NCBI RefSeq assembly: GCF_006345805.1
Contig: NC_042997.1
Location: 147,250,001-147,314,000 of the forward strand
Direction: 5' to 3'
Origin: Octopus sinensis
Lineage: Eukaryota
DNA length: 64,000 bases
Made by a program: the position numbers and the translations under genes. Of the stretch, positions 1 to 12,660 are shown one piece after another (the stretch's first letter is position 1; each line of letters opens with the position of its first letter). Below the pieces are notes generated by a model. The model worked only from the letters and a program-made list of their open reading frames with translations, was not told the origin of the DNA and did no database searches.

Positions 1-119
1 TTTTTCACAACCATTTAACTTTTCTGAACATATCCCACGTTGTATCAATTTGACTGGGTATTTTTTCATCAGTATTAATCATTTATAATTTTGGAATCTC
101 GATATTTATTCCTAATTAA

Positions 120-330
120 GACAGCAGAATCGTTACTGCACTGTGCAAAATGCTTTGGTGCATTTTGTCCGCCTTTACATTAGGAGTTCAAATTCCGCCG
201 TGATCGACTTTGCCTTTCATCTTTTCAAGGTCGATAAAATAAGTACCGGTTGAGTATTGGAGTCGATGTAATCTGCTTTCCCTCTTCTCCACAACTGCTG
301 GCCTTGTGCCACAATTTGAAACGAATACTT
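120..330 (+). mobile_element. tRNA-derived SINE, family A (degenerate copy)
   Basis: B-box-like GAGTTCAAATTCCGCC followed by the family core ctttgcctttcatc...gtcgataaaataagtacc and tail gccttgtgccacaatttgaaac, shared with many copies in the window. Confidence 0.8.
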
Positions 331-853
331 ACTCCTAATCCATAGTTTATCAAATTAGATCTTAGCTCATTGGTTTTTATTATTATCGTATTACATACTT
401 ATCCTAATAAATATCATCGGCAAAAACCAATTTACTGCTGACTTCTCAATTTTCTATAGCAGTTCCTTCTAAAGACTCAAAGATTTCTGTTTTTATGCAT
501 TATAGAAATACATTTAAATGTCTTAGTGAAAGACTATAACTTTGACACCAGCAGTCGTTCTAAACAATATGCTTGCGGTATTTCTAATTAAACCTAAACT
601 GGTCATATGTCTTGGTAACAAATACTATTGGTAGGCTGGCGCTATATTTTCTTATAGGAAAGCTATATTTTCTTATAGGTACCCCATGCCACACTTAGTC
701 ATAAAGTTCTTAGTTTTAAGTTAATGGAATTGTAGTAATGGTCTGACTAGTGCTTTATGTATTTTTCTACTAGAATAGAAATGTAACAAATCTTAAAGAT
801 TTTTTTCCTCAACAGTATGTTATTTTTATATTTAATATTTCCATTTGGCATAG

Positions 854-1152
854 GGCGGTGAGCTGGCAGAAACGTTAGCACGCCGGGCGAAATGCGTAGC
901 CGTATTTCGTCTGCCGCTACGTTCTTAGTTCAAATTCCGCCGAGGTCGACTCTGGTTTTCATCCTTTCGGGGTTGATAAATTAAGTACTAGTTGTGTACT
1001 GGGATCGATCTAATTGACTGGCCCCCTCCCAAAATTTTCGGGCCTTGTGCCTAGAGTAGAAAAGAGGTCGACTTTACCTTTCATCCTTTCGGGGTCGATT
1101 AAATAAGTACCAGTTATGCAGCGATGTCGTTGTAATCGACTTAATCCCTTTG
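854..1152 (+). mobile_element. SINE family A, full head + core + tail A, followed by a second core fragment
   Basis: Head ggcggtgagctggcagaaacgttagc...gttcaaattccgccg, core catcctttcggggttgataaattaagtac, tail ggccccctccc...ctagagtagaaaaga; a second core starts at about 1065. Confidence 0.9.
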
Positions 1153-1366
1153 TTTTTTTACATTTTATGTTTATCTCCATTCGACAATGTTCAGCATCAG
1201 CAATGTCTTGCTTTGATGGTTGATTAAATTTTTTAGCGTTTCTCTTTTCACAAGTGGTATAAGAATTAATTCTGCCCATTTGCCGGGCCACCATCTGTAG
1301 GCAAAATACTATTATAAACTTTACAAAGAATCTTACTGGTAGTTTCACCTTTCTTTTTAACTGTTC

Positions 1367-1622
1367 TGCCTAGTGTTTAATATGTTGCACTCACGATCGC
1401 AAGATAATGGCTTCGATTCCCAGATCGGGCAGAGCTTTGTGTTCCTGAGTAGAACACTTCATTTCACATTGCTCGCGTTCACTCAGCTACATATGAGTTC
1501 CAGTAATAGTTGGGAAGTTAATCCTGCGACGCACCGGCGTCGAGTTCAGTGAGGGAGTGTCGTAAACTCAGTCACTCATGCGCCATGGCTCCTGGGTTAA
1601 TCTCCGGCCTATTGGTGCCTAG
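1367..1622 (+). mobile_element. tRNA-derived SINE with CORE-like and V-like segments (old copy)
   Basis: A-box-like tgcctagtgttta, B-box-like ggcttcgattccc, then ttcctgagtagaacact and cctgcgacgcaccggcgtc; related copies at about 20760 and 48652. Confidence 0.65.
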
Positions 1623-1721
1623 TATTTATGACAAATATGTATCAAAATCATTTATATTATCTGTTTCAAGTTAGTAATTAAATTTTAGTTTACTAATTGC
1701 TGATGTAACTTCTGATGTAAC

Positions 1722-1849
1722 TTCTGGCTCTTGTATATTAAAAGGAGTTTCTTTTCTTAATTGCTTTAGTATATTACTATCTACATATTTCTGGCTCTTG
1801 TATATTAAAAGGAGTTTCTTTTCTTAATTGCTGTAGTACATTACTATCT
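1722..1849. repeat. Tandem duplication, about 67-bp period, 2 copies
   Basis: ttctggctcttgtatattaaaaggagtttcttttcttaattgct starts at both 1722 and 1789. Confidence 0.9.
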
Positions 1850-1859
1850 GCCTCTGGTT

Positions 1860-2510
1860 TATAGCTGTCAAATTTCTCTCAGTATTCTATCTGTCTATCC
1901 GATCTATCATTTTCTGCATTTGCTTTCGTTAGTAGACTTGCATATGTATCCTCAACAACTTGGCTTTTAGGTACCCTTCATTTTGGTAGATCTTTTGCTG
2001 ATTGGTATGTTTCCCACCAGTAACTTACTCTGTATCGTTCTATTTCTTCACCGCTTTCATATCTTTACTGCCTTTTTTTTACATTCCTATAGGCTAATCT
2101 ATATTCCATTTCTACCGTTTCGTTTTCATATAGTTTCTCTTTCAGATCTCTTCTTTCATCACAATTGATTAAAATATCATTATTTATCAAAGGTTTCTCA
2201 GCTTTCTTCCTTTTACATAGAATTCTTGTTAGCTGTTGTTATTATTTCTTCAATGGATCCTCTTAATTCCAGCACATTTACATCTAATAATAATAAAGGT
2301 GCGAATTTCCTTCTATCTATGCTTTTAATACTGGTCTGATGTTCGGGCTCTTGAATATTCAAAGATTATATTCTTTTCGTACATTTTGGTTCTTTTCGCT
2401 GATTTTAGTGTAATTTTTATTTTTATTATCAAAATTTCGTGATGGATACCTATATCAGTTCATGAAAAAAATTCGAGGTTTGGCTCAACTTATAGCAGAG
2501 GGATGAAAAT
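1860..2510 (-). mobile_element. Degenerate RTE-like LINE fragment (end of APE endonuclease and linker)
   Basis: Manual minus-strand translation gives TDIGIHHEILIIKIKITLK (resembles DIGSDH..V...IKL.LK) and downstream CDERRDLKEK...YRLAYRNVKK; many stops and frameshifts. Confidence 0.45.
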
Positions 2511-2611
2511 AAGATATATCTGGTTAATATATATCTTTCCGAGTGAAGGTCATATTGCTCATGAAGGCTTCTCTTGATGTGTTGTATTTTCTATAATTAG
2601 TTTGTGTCGTT

Positions 2612-2812
2612 TGGCAAATCGTTAGAATGTCGGACAAAATGTATAACAGCATTTCTTCGAATTCGTTACAGTCTCAGTTTAAATGGCAACTTTGACTTTC
2701 ATTTCTCCGGTATCGATAAAATAAGGTGCCAGTCCAGTACTGAGGTTGATGTAAACAACTATGCCCTCCCCTCAAAAATAGTCGCCTTGTGCCAAAATTT
2801 GAGAGACAATTT
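2612..2812 (+). mobile_element. SINE family A, old copy
   Basis: ggcaaatcgttag head, ctttcatttctccggtatcgataaaataag core, gccttgtgccaaaatttga tail. Confidence 0.7.
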
Positions 2813-3574
2813 ATAATAATTTAATATTTCTCCTGTTAGTTGTTACAAAGATTCATTTAACAACTGTTTCTTATCACTGATCCAATTTTTTCCCATTGTG
2901 TTTACCTTGAAATATAAGGATGTTTATTATTATTTTTTTTTGCTGTCCAATAATCCTTTCACATTTTGCTCGTCTTGTTTCTGTATATACAATAGTCATG
3001 GTTTCCAACATTTTCACTATTACGGACCCCTTTTTATTTCAATGAGTTTTCCCCTCGGACCCCTTTTGATATGCTTATGTATGTATGTATGTATGTATAT
3101 ATTTCTGAGCTCAATTACCCTCATCTGCAACACGACAATTTGTCTTTGGTCAGCTCAAAAACTATACCTCTTAAGAATCACATATTACTACCACAAGCTA
3201 CGGACATCAATTCTTCTCTACAGAGACAAACTTTTGTTACTTCTACACCTCTAACTTTCATACTGCCCTCTGACTCAGTGCGTTGTTGCTTGCAAAAACT
3301 TATACGTTGTTGACGTGATGGCATCTCTCTCTCTCTCTCTCTCTCTGTAACATGCTCGGACGTTTCTTGCTATACTAAAAAATAGCTTCATGGAGAGTTT
3401 ATGTTATTGTCATGTGTTTCGACATGTTTCAGATCGGAATAGTGTTTTGCGATCTACTTGGCGTTCCGGGTGAACATTTGTATCTTTTTTTAGAAGATCT
3501 AAGTTTTCTCTGTGACAAAATATTACAGCCTGATGCCGTTCTACGTTTGCATACACGTTATAAATGTATATGAA

Positions 3575-3878
3575 CTGGCATTCATCGGTTACGACGATAT
3601 GGGTTCCAGTTGATCCGATCAACAGAACAGCCTGCTCGTGAAATTAACTTGCGAGTGGCTGAGTGCTTCACTGATACACGTACCTATAACGTAGTTCAGT
3701 GTGATCCAGAATGTGACTAGGCTGGCCATATGCAATACTGGTACAACTCACTTTTCTCAGCTGAGTGAACTGAAACAATGTGAAATAAAGTGTCTTGCTC
3801 AAGGACACACCGTATCGCCAGATATCGAAACCACGATTTTACGACTGAGCCAAATTTCCTAACCACGAAACCATGCGC
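3575..3878 (-). mobile_element. tRNA-derived SINE, family C (CORE-like)
   Basis: Minus strand reads gcgcatggtttcgtggttagg...gtggtttcgatatc (A/B boxes), then gtgtccttgagcaagacactttatttcac and tail ggatcaactggaaccc...gtaaccgatgaatgccag. Confidence 0.8.
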
Positions 3879-3909
3879 TATTTCAGTCTAAGGCTGTTTC
3901 AAGTGCGTT

Positions 3910-4175
3910 TTTCTTTTACTATTTTCAGCTCGAGAGCTGCGGCCATGCCAGGGCACCGCCCTTTGATTTGCTACACTCGCACTACTTTATACCATTTCTG
4001 GTATGTGGTATTTGTTGAATGAGGGAGTTTGATATTGCTGCCCTCATTTGAGGTAGGATCATCTGGAACTCTTGAGATGAGGAGATCCAGTTTTGTTTTG
4101 AAGACACACCCAATCAGATTTTTTTTGGAGGATATTGAATTTTAGGCCCTTGAAACGTGCTTCAGCATCTGATTT
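3910..4175 (-). mobile_element. CR1/L2-type LINE, 3' end of ORF2 plus 3' UTR
   Basis: Minus translation FKGLKFNIL...VFKTKLDLLISRVPDDP resembles CR1-group ORF2 C-termini; 3' UTR ends ggcggtgccctggcatggccgcagctctcgagctgaaa. Confidence 0.7.
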
Positions 4176-4719
4176 TTTATCCTGATGACAATGTCGAGAT
4201 TTTTAGCACTAAGCAATGACGCTCTCTTCTGCTGTTTGTGTAACTTTGACTGATAAAAAAATTGGTACAAGTCCTTCCAGGATTTTCTAGATGTATATCC
4301 TTGCATATGACCCCACTTCGTTCTTGGGAGTAGTCTTAACTTTATCAGCCTCTACCAGAAACTGACTCGTCGCATTGAGGCAATCTTTGTGTAACTTTTC
4401 TCGATTGCCTCGTGTTCCTCCGCGTAATTTAATGTTAGTATTTAAAGGAGGTTTGATTGCTAATTCAGACAAGGTCAAACAATGACCTAGAAGGATTCGT
4501 GTTAATTCGATTAATCTTTGTGAAAAAGTTCAATATTTTGCATAATGACATGCACACACATATGCACTGCACTAAATTATATCCCATTCATATGAGCACT
4601 GAGAAATATTTGGAGTTAGTGCTATATTGACCCCTATATGATGCAATAATGTGTGCGCGCGTGTGCATAGAAGGAAAACATATTGGAAGCTACGTTTATT
4701 AATATTTAGTTATTAATCC

Positions 4720-4855
4720 GCGCCGGGAAAGACTTTGCCTTTCATGATCGATAAAATAAGTACGAGATGGATACTGGGATCGATGTAATCGATTTACCCT
4801 CTCCCCCGAAATTGCTGGCGTTGTACCAGTGCCAAACGTTGAAACCGTTATTTTA
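4720..4855 (+). mobile_element. SINE family A fragment
   Basis: gactttgcctttcatgatcgataaaataagtac...atcgatgtaatcga...gaaattgctggc core and tail. Confidence 0.7.
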
Positions 4856-5217
4856 TTATTAATAATGTAAATTTTCTAAAATTTAATATAAAAAAAGATT
4901 TGGAGTTACGAAAGATGAATATTTTATGAAGTAAGATATAACATTTTGAACTTGTTTCATATTTTTGATCACACCCACCTACCCATCCCGCTCCAACTTA
5001 AATAGTGTTTTCGAGTTCCGTCAAACAACCTGATATACCAGGTAAATCACCTGTAAGTTGATGTTAATAAAATTCTTCAGAAACATGTTTGCATAATTAA
5101 ACAAATTTTCAATATAATGTGTTTGTGTGGACACGAACAAATGGAGTTTGTTGTAATCAAGAGTTTTAACTCAGCTACTATATAAATTAAAATTTAGGGA
5201 ATGGAGTAGATAAAATC

Positions 5218-5302
5218 CGGGCTACATGTTTTCTATACTAGTAGAACCTCGAAAGCAGTTGTTATTCAACGAGCGGTACTCCACTAGCTCCTCATCAGGC
5301 CG
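5218..5302 (-). ncRNA. Hammerhead-ribozyme-like motif with long stem II (probable Penelope-like terminus)
   Basis: Minus strand: cggc CTGATGA ggagctagtggag...ttctactagtata GAAAACATGTA gcccg; stem I ggc/gcc, palindromic ACATGT, one extra A relative to the canonical core. Confidence 0.4.
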
Positions 5303-7641
5303 AAGATACCTTAGTTGAATGGAGGTTACATTGTCGTCAAGGGATCCTAAGTTAGCTCGCAGGAGATTTGATCGAAAATGAATGGAAATCGCGGAGTAAG
5401 AGAACAAAAGAACAACATGTGGTTAGTAGCTAAAGGAGTGGGGTAGTTGTAAGTGGTTTTGGTTGAAGAGGAGTTTGAGAAAATGGAGAAAAATACTTGT
5501 GCGGATGAGGAGGCTGCGAAGGAGGTAGGATATGGTGGGTAAGAGGAATGTGTAAAGATAATCAGGATAAGGACTAATTTTGTAGAAAGGGTGGTATTAG
5601 TAGAGGGGCTACATTGCTAGGCCGACTTAGTTGTACTTTAAGGTTAATCGTAATTATGGATAATTATAGTTAAGCGATTACATAGATTTAATGAAATGGG
5701 CAAACGATGTGTAGGACCTGTGTTAACTAGAGAGTACTACATCTAAGATTTTATTAAGTAATAAGGGTTTGTGGTTGTGGAAGATGGTTAGCTATTTCCT
5801 TAAACGCGATTTATAAATGCCAAGGTTAGTGCTGTAAGTGGGGAGCCAGAACTTGACTGACATATTATTATCTCAACCCAAGTAATTATTCAATCTCGGA
5901 ATGATGAAAGACAACAGAATTGGAATATGTGTTTCTAAAATACGCACAAATCTTATGGACAGTGTATCAATCGATTTTATCTACTCTAGTAATCGACTGG
6001 TATTCAAATATGTAACATAACCCTTACCTTAGAGTACTGGTTCCGAAAAGTGAGCCATAGATTTTTAAAATTACAGTTTAAGGTTTTAGAAAACCTGTAA
6101 TAATGCTCTCACATGAAAAACGTGCTGTTCATAATTTTTATTGTACATTGAAAAGGATGATTAATAAAATAAGGTGATCAATAGTCAATTTTATTTTATT
6201 TTCCAAATTTAAAAAAAAATGTTTTAAAACCGTCCATGTAAATTGCGTCAGTAATATTTAGTTTTTATCTCCGGTGCGCCACGAAGCTGAGAAGACTGGG
6301 AACTACTGCCTGAGCGGATTATAGAAAAGCTAAGTGAAACGTGAAATAAAGATTCGTTATTTGATATCTTCTGGAGTAGATGTAAATAAATTATCTCATA
6401 TACTGTCTCCGATTTATTTAGTTGGATAAAAATTGGTATTACAAGGATTAAACGACGTGGAAAAAATGAGGATGACATGAGCTTAACACGTGTTTATATA
6501 CTGGAAAGAAGGCAAAGTTAACATATGTTGACAGTCACAATATAGGCGACTCAAGAAATTTTTTTTTTTATTTCGAGAAGGGATTATTCCTCGGCGCCTC
6601 GAGTGAAGAAAGGCAATGAATAGTTGTGTATTTATGACGCATTAATGATTATAGAACATGGCTGTAAATGATAACACAAAATCCAAGATGTCACCAAAGA
6701 ATTAACAGCAATATAATCTCCAAATCTCTCACTGCCATACTAATATTTCCGACACGAAAAAGAACATTAAGAAGGAGCCTCTATACGGACGCTCGTGCTG
6801 CTAAAAATAGCAGCAAAAATTCTCTCGTCAATCATTACCGTACGGCTGGGACGTCTTTGACAATATGTTTACTCAGTCAGGTCAGACCTGGGGCTAAAAA
6901 AGCCATCACTACACAACTACAACATTACTAAGTATTGAAATAATAATTTCTTTCATAAGAACGAGGTAGGAAATTTGGGGAAAAGGAGAATCGGTTAAAT
7001 TACATCGATTCTTTCCAGTATTTTTTTAGTTCATTATTATATCAGTTTTAGTACTTGACTGGTACTTTACAGAGCACAAAAAGATAAAAGGCAATATCTG
7101 AACAAAGAAACTAAAGAGCAGTGAAAATATAGTTGTTTCGAACATAAATACAAGACCTGAATTTTGGGTTTTTGCTAGAGAGAAGAGTTTGGTTATATCT
7201 ATACCAGTGTTTGGTACTTTATTTTTAATTTATCACCCCAAAAAGATGAAATGCAATGTAGAAATCAGTACGCAATAAACTCAAAATGTAAAAACATTGA
7301 AAAAATACCACTTCAAGTCTTCTGCCAATGCATTATTCTAAAATAAATAAAATTTATGTCATGGACACAAGACAAGAAACACTTTTGGGAGAAGGATTAA
7401 CCTGTTAAATCGACTTATGTAGGTGAATAGTTTATCCATTACAATGAATAACCTTTTCTAGAAATTTGAAATATAAAAGAAAAATCATTGAATAGCCTAC
7501 CTTTTACTGTCATCATAGTTGACTTTGGCGGGATTTGAACGCTGAACGTAATGGGCTGTAACTAAATAAGGCAATGAATTTTTTTCCGAAACCGCTAGCG
7601 ATACTGCTGCCAAGCTATGGACCTCAAGAAAGGGGAACGTA

Positions 7642-10342
7642 TTGGGTCAAACCATAAATAATGTGGTTTTTTTAATACTCCTTTTTATACTTCAAAATTA
7701 AGATAATGTTTTTTTTAAAATCTAAAATATACTCTCCTTCATTTTCTACAACGCTCTTCCATCTATCTGGTAGACTTGCAAGGCTGCTCTTCCAAAATTC
7801 ACTTGTCCGTGACGAAAAATACTCCCCCAGTATTGTTCTAACCTCGTCTACAGAGTTCATAATTTTTCTATCCAAATGATTTTGAAGACTACGGAAAAAA
7901 TGATAATCTGATAGGGCAATATCCGGCGAACATTGTAGGTGGGCATTGTTTCCCATTGAAACTACTCCAGCCTTTGGAATGTCATCCTCGCTGTGTGTGG
8001 CCGAGCATTATGTTGAAGGAAAAATACACTTCATTTTGAAACCAAAAAAGGTCGTTTCTCTTCGAGTACTGACTTGAGCCGCTCAAGCTGCTTGCAGTAG
8101 ATCTTTGTTATCGTTTGGTTTGGGTTTAAAAGTTCAAAGTGAACTAAACCTTTCACATCCCACCAAAAAGGTAACAACACCTTATGTTGGTGAAAACTTT
8201 CTTTAGCCTGGAGTGCCAGTGTTTCTCCTTTCCCCATCCACTGTCTTCGGCGCTTGACATTTTTATGGAAAACCCATTTCTCGTCACCAGTCACTATTCA
8301 GTCCAAAATGATTCATTCGTGAGACATGACAGCAAAGAAGAGCACACATTCACTATCTACACGCGATTAGACTGGGAAAGTTTGTGAGGAACCCATTGAC
8401 CCAATTTGCTGACTTTTCCGATGGCATGCAAGTGTCGATGAATGGTTGAATGAACAAATCCAAGCTTCTCTGCTAGTCCCTCGACAGTTACGATGGGTTT
8501 TATTCCACCAGATTTTACAGGACGTCCTCGTCGAGCTCTACAGATCTTCCAGGGTGAGGTTCGTCTTCTAGGCTGTAGTTTTGGCTCGGGATTTCTGGAA
8601 CCACCGTTGACACTGGCTTAATTCGGATTCCATGAGCCCCGCCTCGCCTCGCTACTGATACCTGAGATACGCCTTGTGTCGCAATCATGAAGTTACATTC
8701 ACACGCAACATCCTTGCTACATTCTTCCATCGATTTTCGAACATTTTCACAGTCAGGCATTTTCTCTCTAGCCCTGTTTTCCTTTTAAGGTGAAAGGTGA
8801 AGTAATTCACCAATTCAGGGCCAGGGATGAAGGTGCCTGACTTTAACCCTTTCAGCCTCGACTTCCAAATCACCTCTCTCGCAATTGCTACTACAATGAC
8901 GAAACAATTCTTACCTTTTTCCGAAAAGAAATCAGTTGGGTCAATTTTTACTACAGACTCAGTCGATAGCTGTACTCTTCCTGCACTTGACAGCAGTTGT
9001 TTAGCATAAACCCACATGCCTGACACATCCGAATACTGAACAATAGCGCGCGGGACGGTTTCCCTATCCCGCTCACATCTTGGACAGGTCGAAGGGCATT
9101 GGCCACCATGCCTTGTGAGCTTGTCCCGAACAGGCAAGGCTCCTTGGTAACACTGCCATGCCAGAGACTTCTGAAAGTTGGCCAGGGACTTCGGCTCGAA
9201 TGAACGTTGGAACAGACTGTCCAGCTGATTATCGTCGAGAACTTAGGGTTTCCCCTAAGGTATCATCACGTTCCGCCTCTACAAGCCCTCTATAAAAGAA
9301 TTCGGTAGAACCTCCATCGCAGGCATTGCCCAAGCGACGGAATAGCTGCAGAGCCTTGCGACACTCCGTAAACCATGTACCCAACTTCGATCTTCGATAG
9401 AACCAGGTTTCCCGTCCATCGAAACTAGTGAACTTGGGAAACATCCGTTTCGCTAGCGGAGACCACACTCATTCACCATCCACGTTGTAAGTTTTGTAGA
9501 TCATTCTTTTCTTATTAACTTGTTCTATTGTTTCTGTTGGAGGGGCTACTTGTATTTCCGTACCCTCCTTTTTTTAACATAGACATAAACATTTTAAAAT
9601 TATTTTTCTCTTTGTTAATTTGTCTCTCCTTTTCTGTTGCCTCGGCAACGTTTAATCTTTTGTGACACCGCCGGTGTTTTTTCTTCTTCACCTGTTACAA
9701 AAACAGACATATCAATAATTAAATTACTTGGCGAGTTCATTGAACTCAATGGTGACTCCATGATGTTTTTTTTTTTAAACAAAACGCAATTTACGGCAAA
9801 ACGCCGAACACAGAAAAATTTGCGCTACGCCCCACAGAATTGGCTCAAAGCAGCACAGTTCAACAATAATTCCCCCACGGGGTGGGGAGGATTGGAAACA
9901 AGCCGCTTCAACGAAGCAATAAATAGTTCTTCAAGAAAAACAATCACAAAACAACCTCAACTCACCGCAACAACACAACAAATTCAGCAAATGACAAAGG
10001 AAGCACCGGCAAGATGTTGACACGACAAGAAACTTGCTCAAAGAAAAATTTGATTTTTTATTGCCAACAAGGGGCCAACATAGATAGGACAACGCAAAGA
10101 CATGTGGGCACAAAAACATGTGGGAACACAAAACATGTGGGGACAAAGACATGTAGGGACACAAAACTTAAAATAAAATTACAAATAAGATTATAAAAAT
10201 GAAATGAAATGAAAAAAATGGAAATGAGCTGCCTGCACCACACAATTACTACAATGTGATGCAGGTAGTTTACCCCGTCCCCTTCCGACGTTTAATTCAT
10301 ATAATTGAAAAAAAAAACCGCATTATTTATGGGATGACCCAG
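7642..10342 (-). mobile_element. Mariner (DD34D) transposon, inactive, interrupted by a LINE insertion
   Basis: TIRs ttgggtcaaaccataaataatgtggtttttt and aaaaaccgcattatttatgggatgacccag, each flanked by TA; transposase fragments QRWFQK...SLEDEPHPGR, MTGDEKW, WWDVKG, SPDIALSDYHFFRSL (ORFs 7672-7956 and 8031-8294). Confidence 0.9.
8620..10295 (-). mobile_element. Tx1/L1-clade non-LTR element nested in the mariner, apparently internally deleted
   Basis: ORF 8685-9137 has a zf-RVT-like PVRDKL...CPRCERDRETV and IWKSR C-terminus, preceded by ORF 9229-9468; 9490-10295 is tentatively 5' UTR/ORF1 start and includes a ~17-bp acatgtggg tandem at 10098-10165. Confidence 0.7.
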
Positions 10343-10344
10343 TA

Positions 10345-10495
10345 TAAGTCGATTAAATCCATGAACATCAGCCGATACCTTATTTTTATCGACCCGGATG
10401 TTAGCGCCACAGGGTAATTTGAACTGAGAACTTACAAAGCAATAATTAAAGGCATTTTGTCCGACCTTCTAACGATTCTGCCAACTCGTTCCTCC
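10345..10495 (-). mobile_element. SINE family A, degenerate
   Basis: ttatttttatcgaccc...atttgaactgagaac...ctaacgattctgccaactcg. Confidence 0.7.
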
Positions 10496-12500
10496 GAGTA
10501 AAACAACAGCAACAACAAAAATGGAATGAAAAACCTAAAAAAATAACAAAAAAAGCTAAATACAAATAAAAGAAATAAGTCTCGCGCACTATAATTCTCG
10601 TAATATTGAAAATATTCATCTTGTTTATTTGCACCCCCTTTTCCCCACAGGATCTCAACAATAACAGCTGATATATAATTCATTGTTTCTAAATATTTAG
10701 CTGCAAGTCAAAAAGGATATCCGGAAAGCGCTGTGCTGTAATCACATAAAATTCCATTGTAATTTTTAGTAACGGTTGAGAGAAATTTCATTTATTCTTT
10801 ATATTCTTTTTTTTAAGAATAAACTTTGTTATATTGATTTTTGCCGAAGTTGCTATGAAGTCACTACTACTACTACTACTACTACTACAACAAAAATTGC
10901 TACTACCACTCGAATAACTCCAACCATATCCTACCATGTTAAAAAAAGGATACACTCTATAAAGGCGGGGCTGTCACGGTTGGAATTACCTTTGGTCATA
11001 GAACTACTTGATCAGAGTTGACTTGGGGTTAAACAATATCAGCAGCAATGTGGAATTTTGGGGAAATAGTAATGGTTTCGAATTTTGGCACAAAGCCAGC
11101 AAGTTTGTAGAGCACTGGGGTCGAAGTAATTGTCTTACCCCTAAGAAAGCGTAGTGTATGTGTGTGTGGAGTGGTGGGAGCTTACTTGCTGCTGACCCGT
11201 CCACACAAGAGGTTGTACCGGACTTCATGCTACCAACAACAGTCGTAATCGATCTTATATTTATAGAAGTGTGCTCTGTCTTTTACGGTGAGTGGTTCTC
11301 TGCATACTGCTTTTCCAATTAATGGATGTAACCTATTTTGCACTTTTTTTGCCTTACTGGTGCAATTATTTGGTTCATCCACTTCCTGCTTCCGACCACT
11401 GCAGAAAAGCTGCAGCATATGCCGATATTAATATTATCAAAACCTTTGGCTTTATCTCTTTGTATCAAACTCCACCCTGCCAGTGTGCGGGGCTGTATTA
11501 TATATATATATATATAACTCCAAGAAAGTGAGGGGTTGTGGGTCAAGGGATAATATCTATCCAATATACCGTTGGTATAATACCCAATTATTAATACACA
11601 AGTGTTTTTTATTGCATTGCAATTAACTTAGTGTATTAAATGGGTGAAGGTAAAGAGATATATTACCCTTAATTTATATTGCAAATAAGAAAATGGAGAA
11701 CAATAGGTAGTTCATCAACTTTGGGACATTAAAATGTTAACTTATTTATTTATTAAAATTCATAATTATAATAACATAATATAGCATATTATTCTATGCA
11801 TATTTTTAATCAGTAATTCTATTGTTTATTGTGTGAGAAATACATCGCAAGTTTCTATAATTGGGAAATAAGCTAATTGTTTGATCTCGTGCATAGGAAA
11901 GTTCAAAATTAACCAATAAAGTGTGAGAGTAGTTTAGCAATATTTAGAGATAATGGTTATACCATATTTTGCAACGTGCCTCTATGTTGTCGTACAGGTT
12001 ATCTGTCGAAGTTTTAAGAGATATGTTGGTGTATCATCACAGCAGTACCGATTACATATAGGATCATGGAATATTTTCTGAACTACAATAATCATTTTCA
12101 TTGAATGATCATGGAATATTTCCAGCTTCCTTCTGAACAATAATCATTTGGTATTATTATGCTGGTCACCATTATATTATTTTAATTTTTGTCATGAAAA
12201 TAGTGTACGGTTTATGAAATATGTGGTCGTAGTCTCTCTTTCTCTCTCTCCGTTCATAATCTTACAATATTTTCACATTGTCACTTTATATCATAAAGAG
12301 AGATTCTTAAGTCATACTGCATAACTTTTTCACGCATAAGAGGAAATGTTTTGTAAGGTTTATGTTGAGCATCTTCACTTTAGTATTTTGTCTCCAAGAA
12401 CATAGTGGTTGAATGGGATGTTTCTTAGAAAATATTCCACACAAGCGATATTTGTCATTTATAGTATAAGAATTATAGTTATTCCTTTTAATATGTTTAG

Positions 12501-12660
12501 TGGTGATTGCTATCTTCGGTATGCCGAATATTATTGTTGCAGTTGCCTCTGAAATCTGGCTAGATTGGCTTATTCAGGCTAAAATTAATTTCGGTAGCGA
12601 AAGCCTTTTCAGATTAAACACCAGCCAGTACTTTGTACAAAGCACACATTCTAAGAAGAT
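12501..12660 (+). CDS. Candidate host-gene (or pseudogene) exon, product unknown
   Basis: Pyrimidine tract + tttag acceptor, then open frame VIAIFGMPNIIVAVASEIWLDWLIQ... in non-repetitive DNA; no convincing GT donor found, so the 3' end is uncertain. Confidence 0.2.

Noticed and set aside
854-945. tRNA gene (also the heads at about 48850-48926 and 56470-56542)
   Set aside because: A/B boxes are present but continue into SINE bodies, often with TSDs; no intact cloverleaf
1010-1348. 112-aa minus ORF (similarly 49269-49778, 169 aa)
   Set aside because: Partly antisense SINE sequence with no recognisable domain
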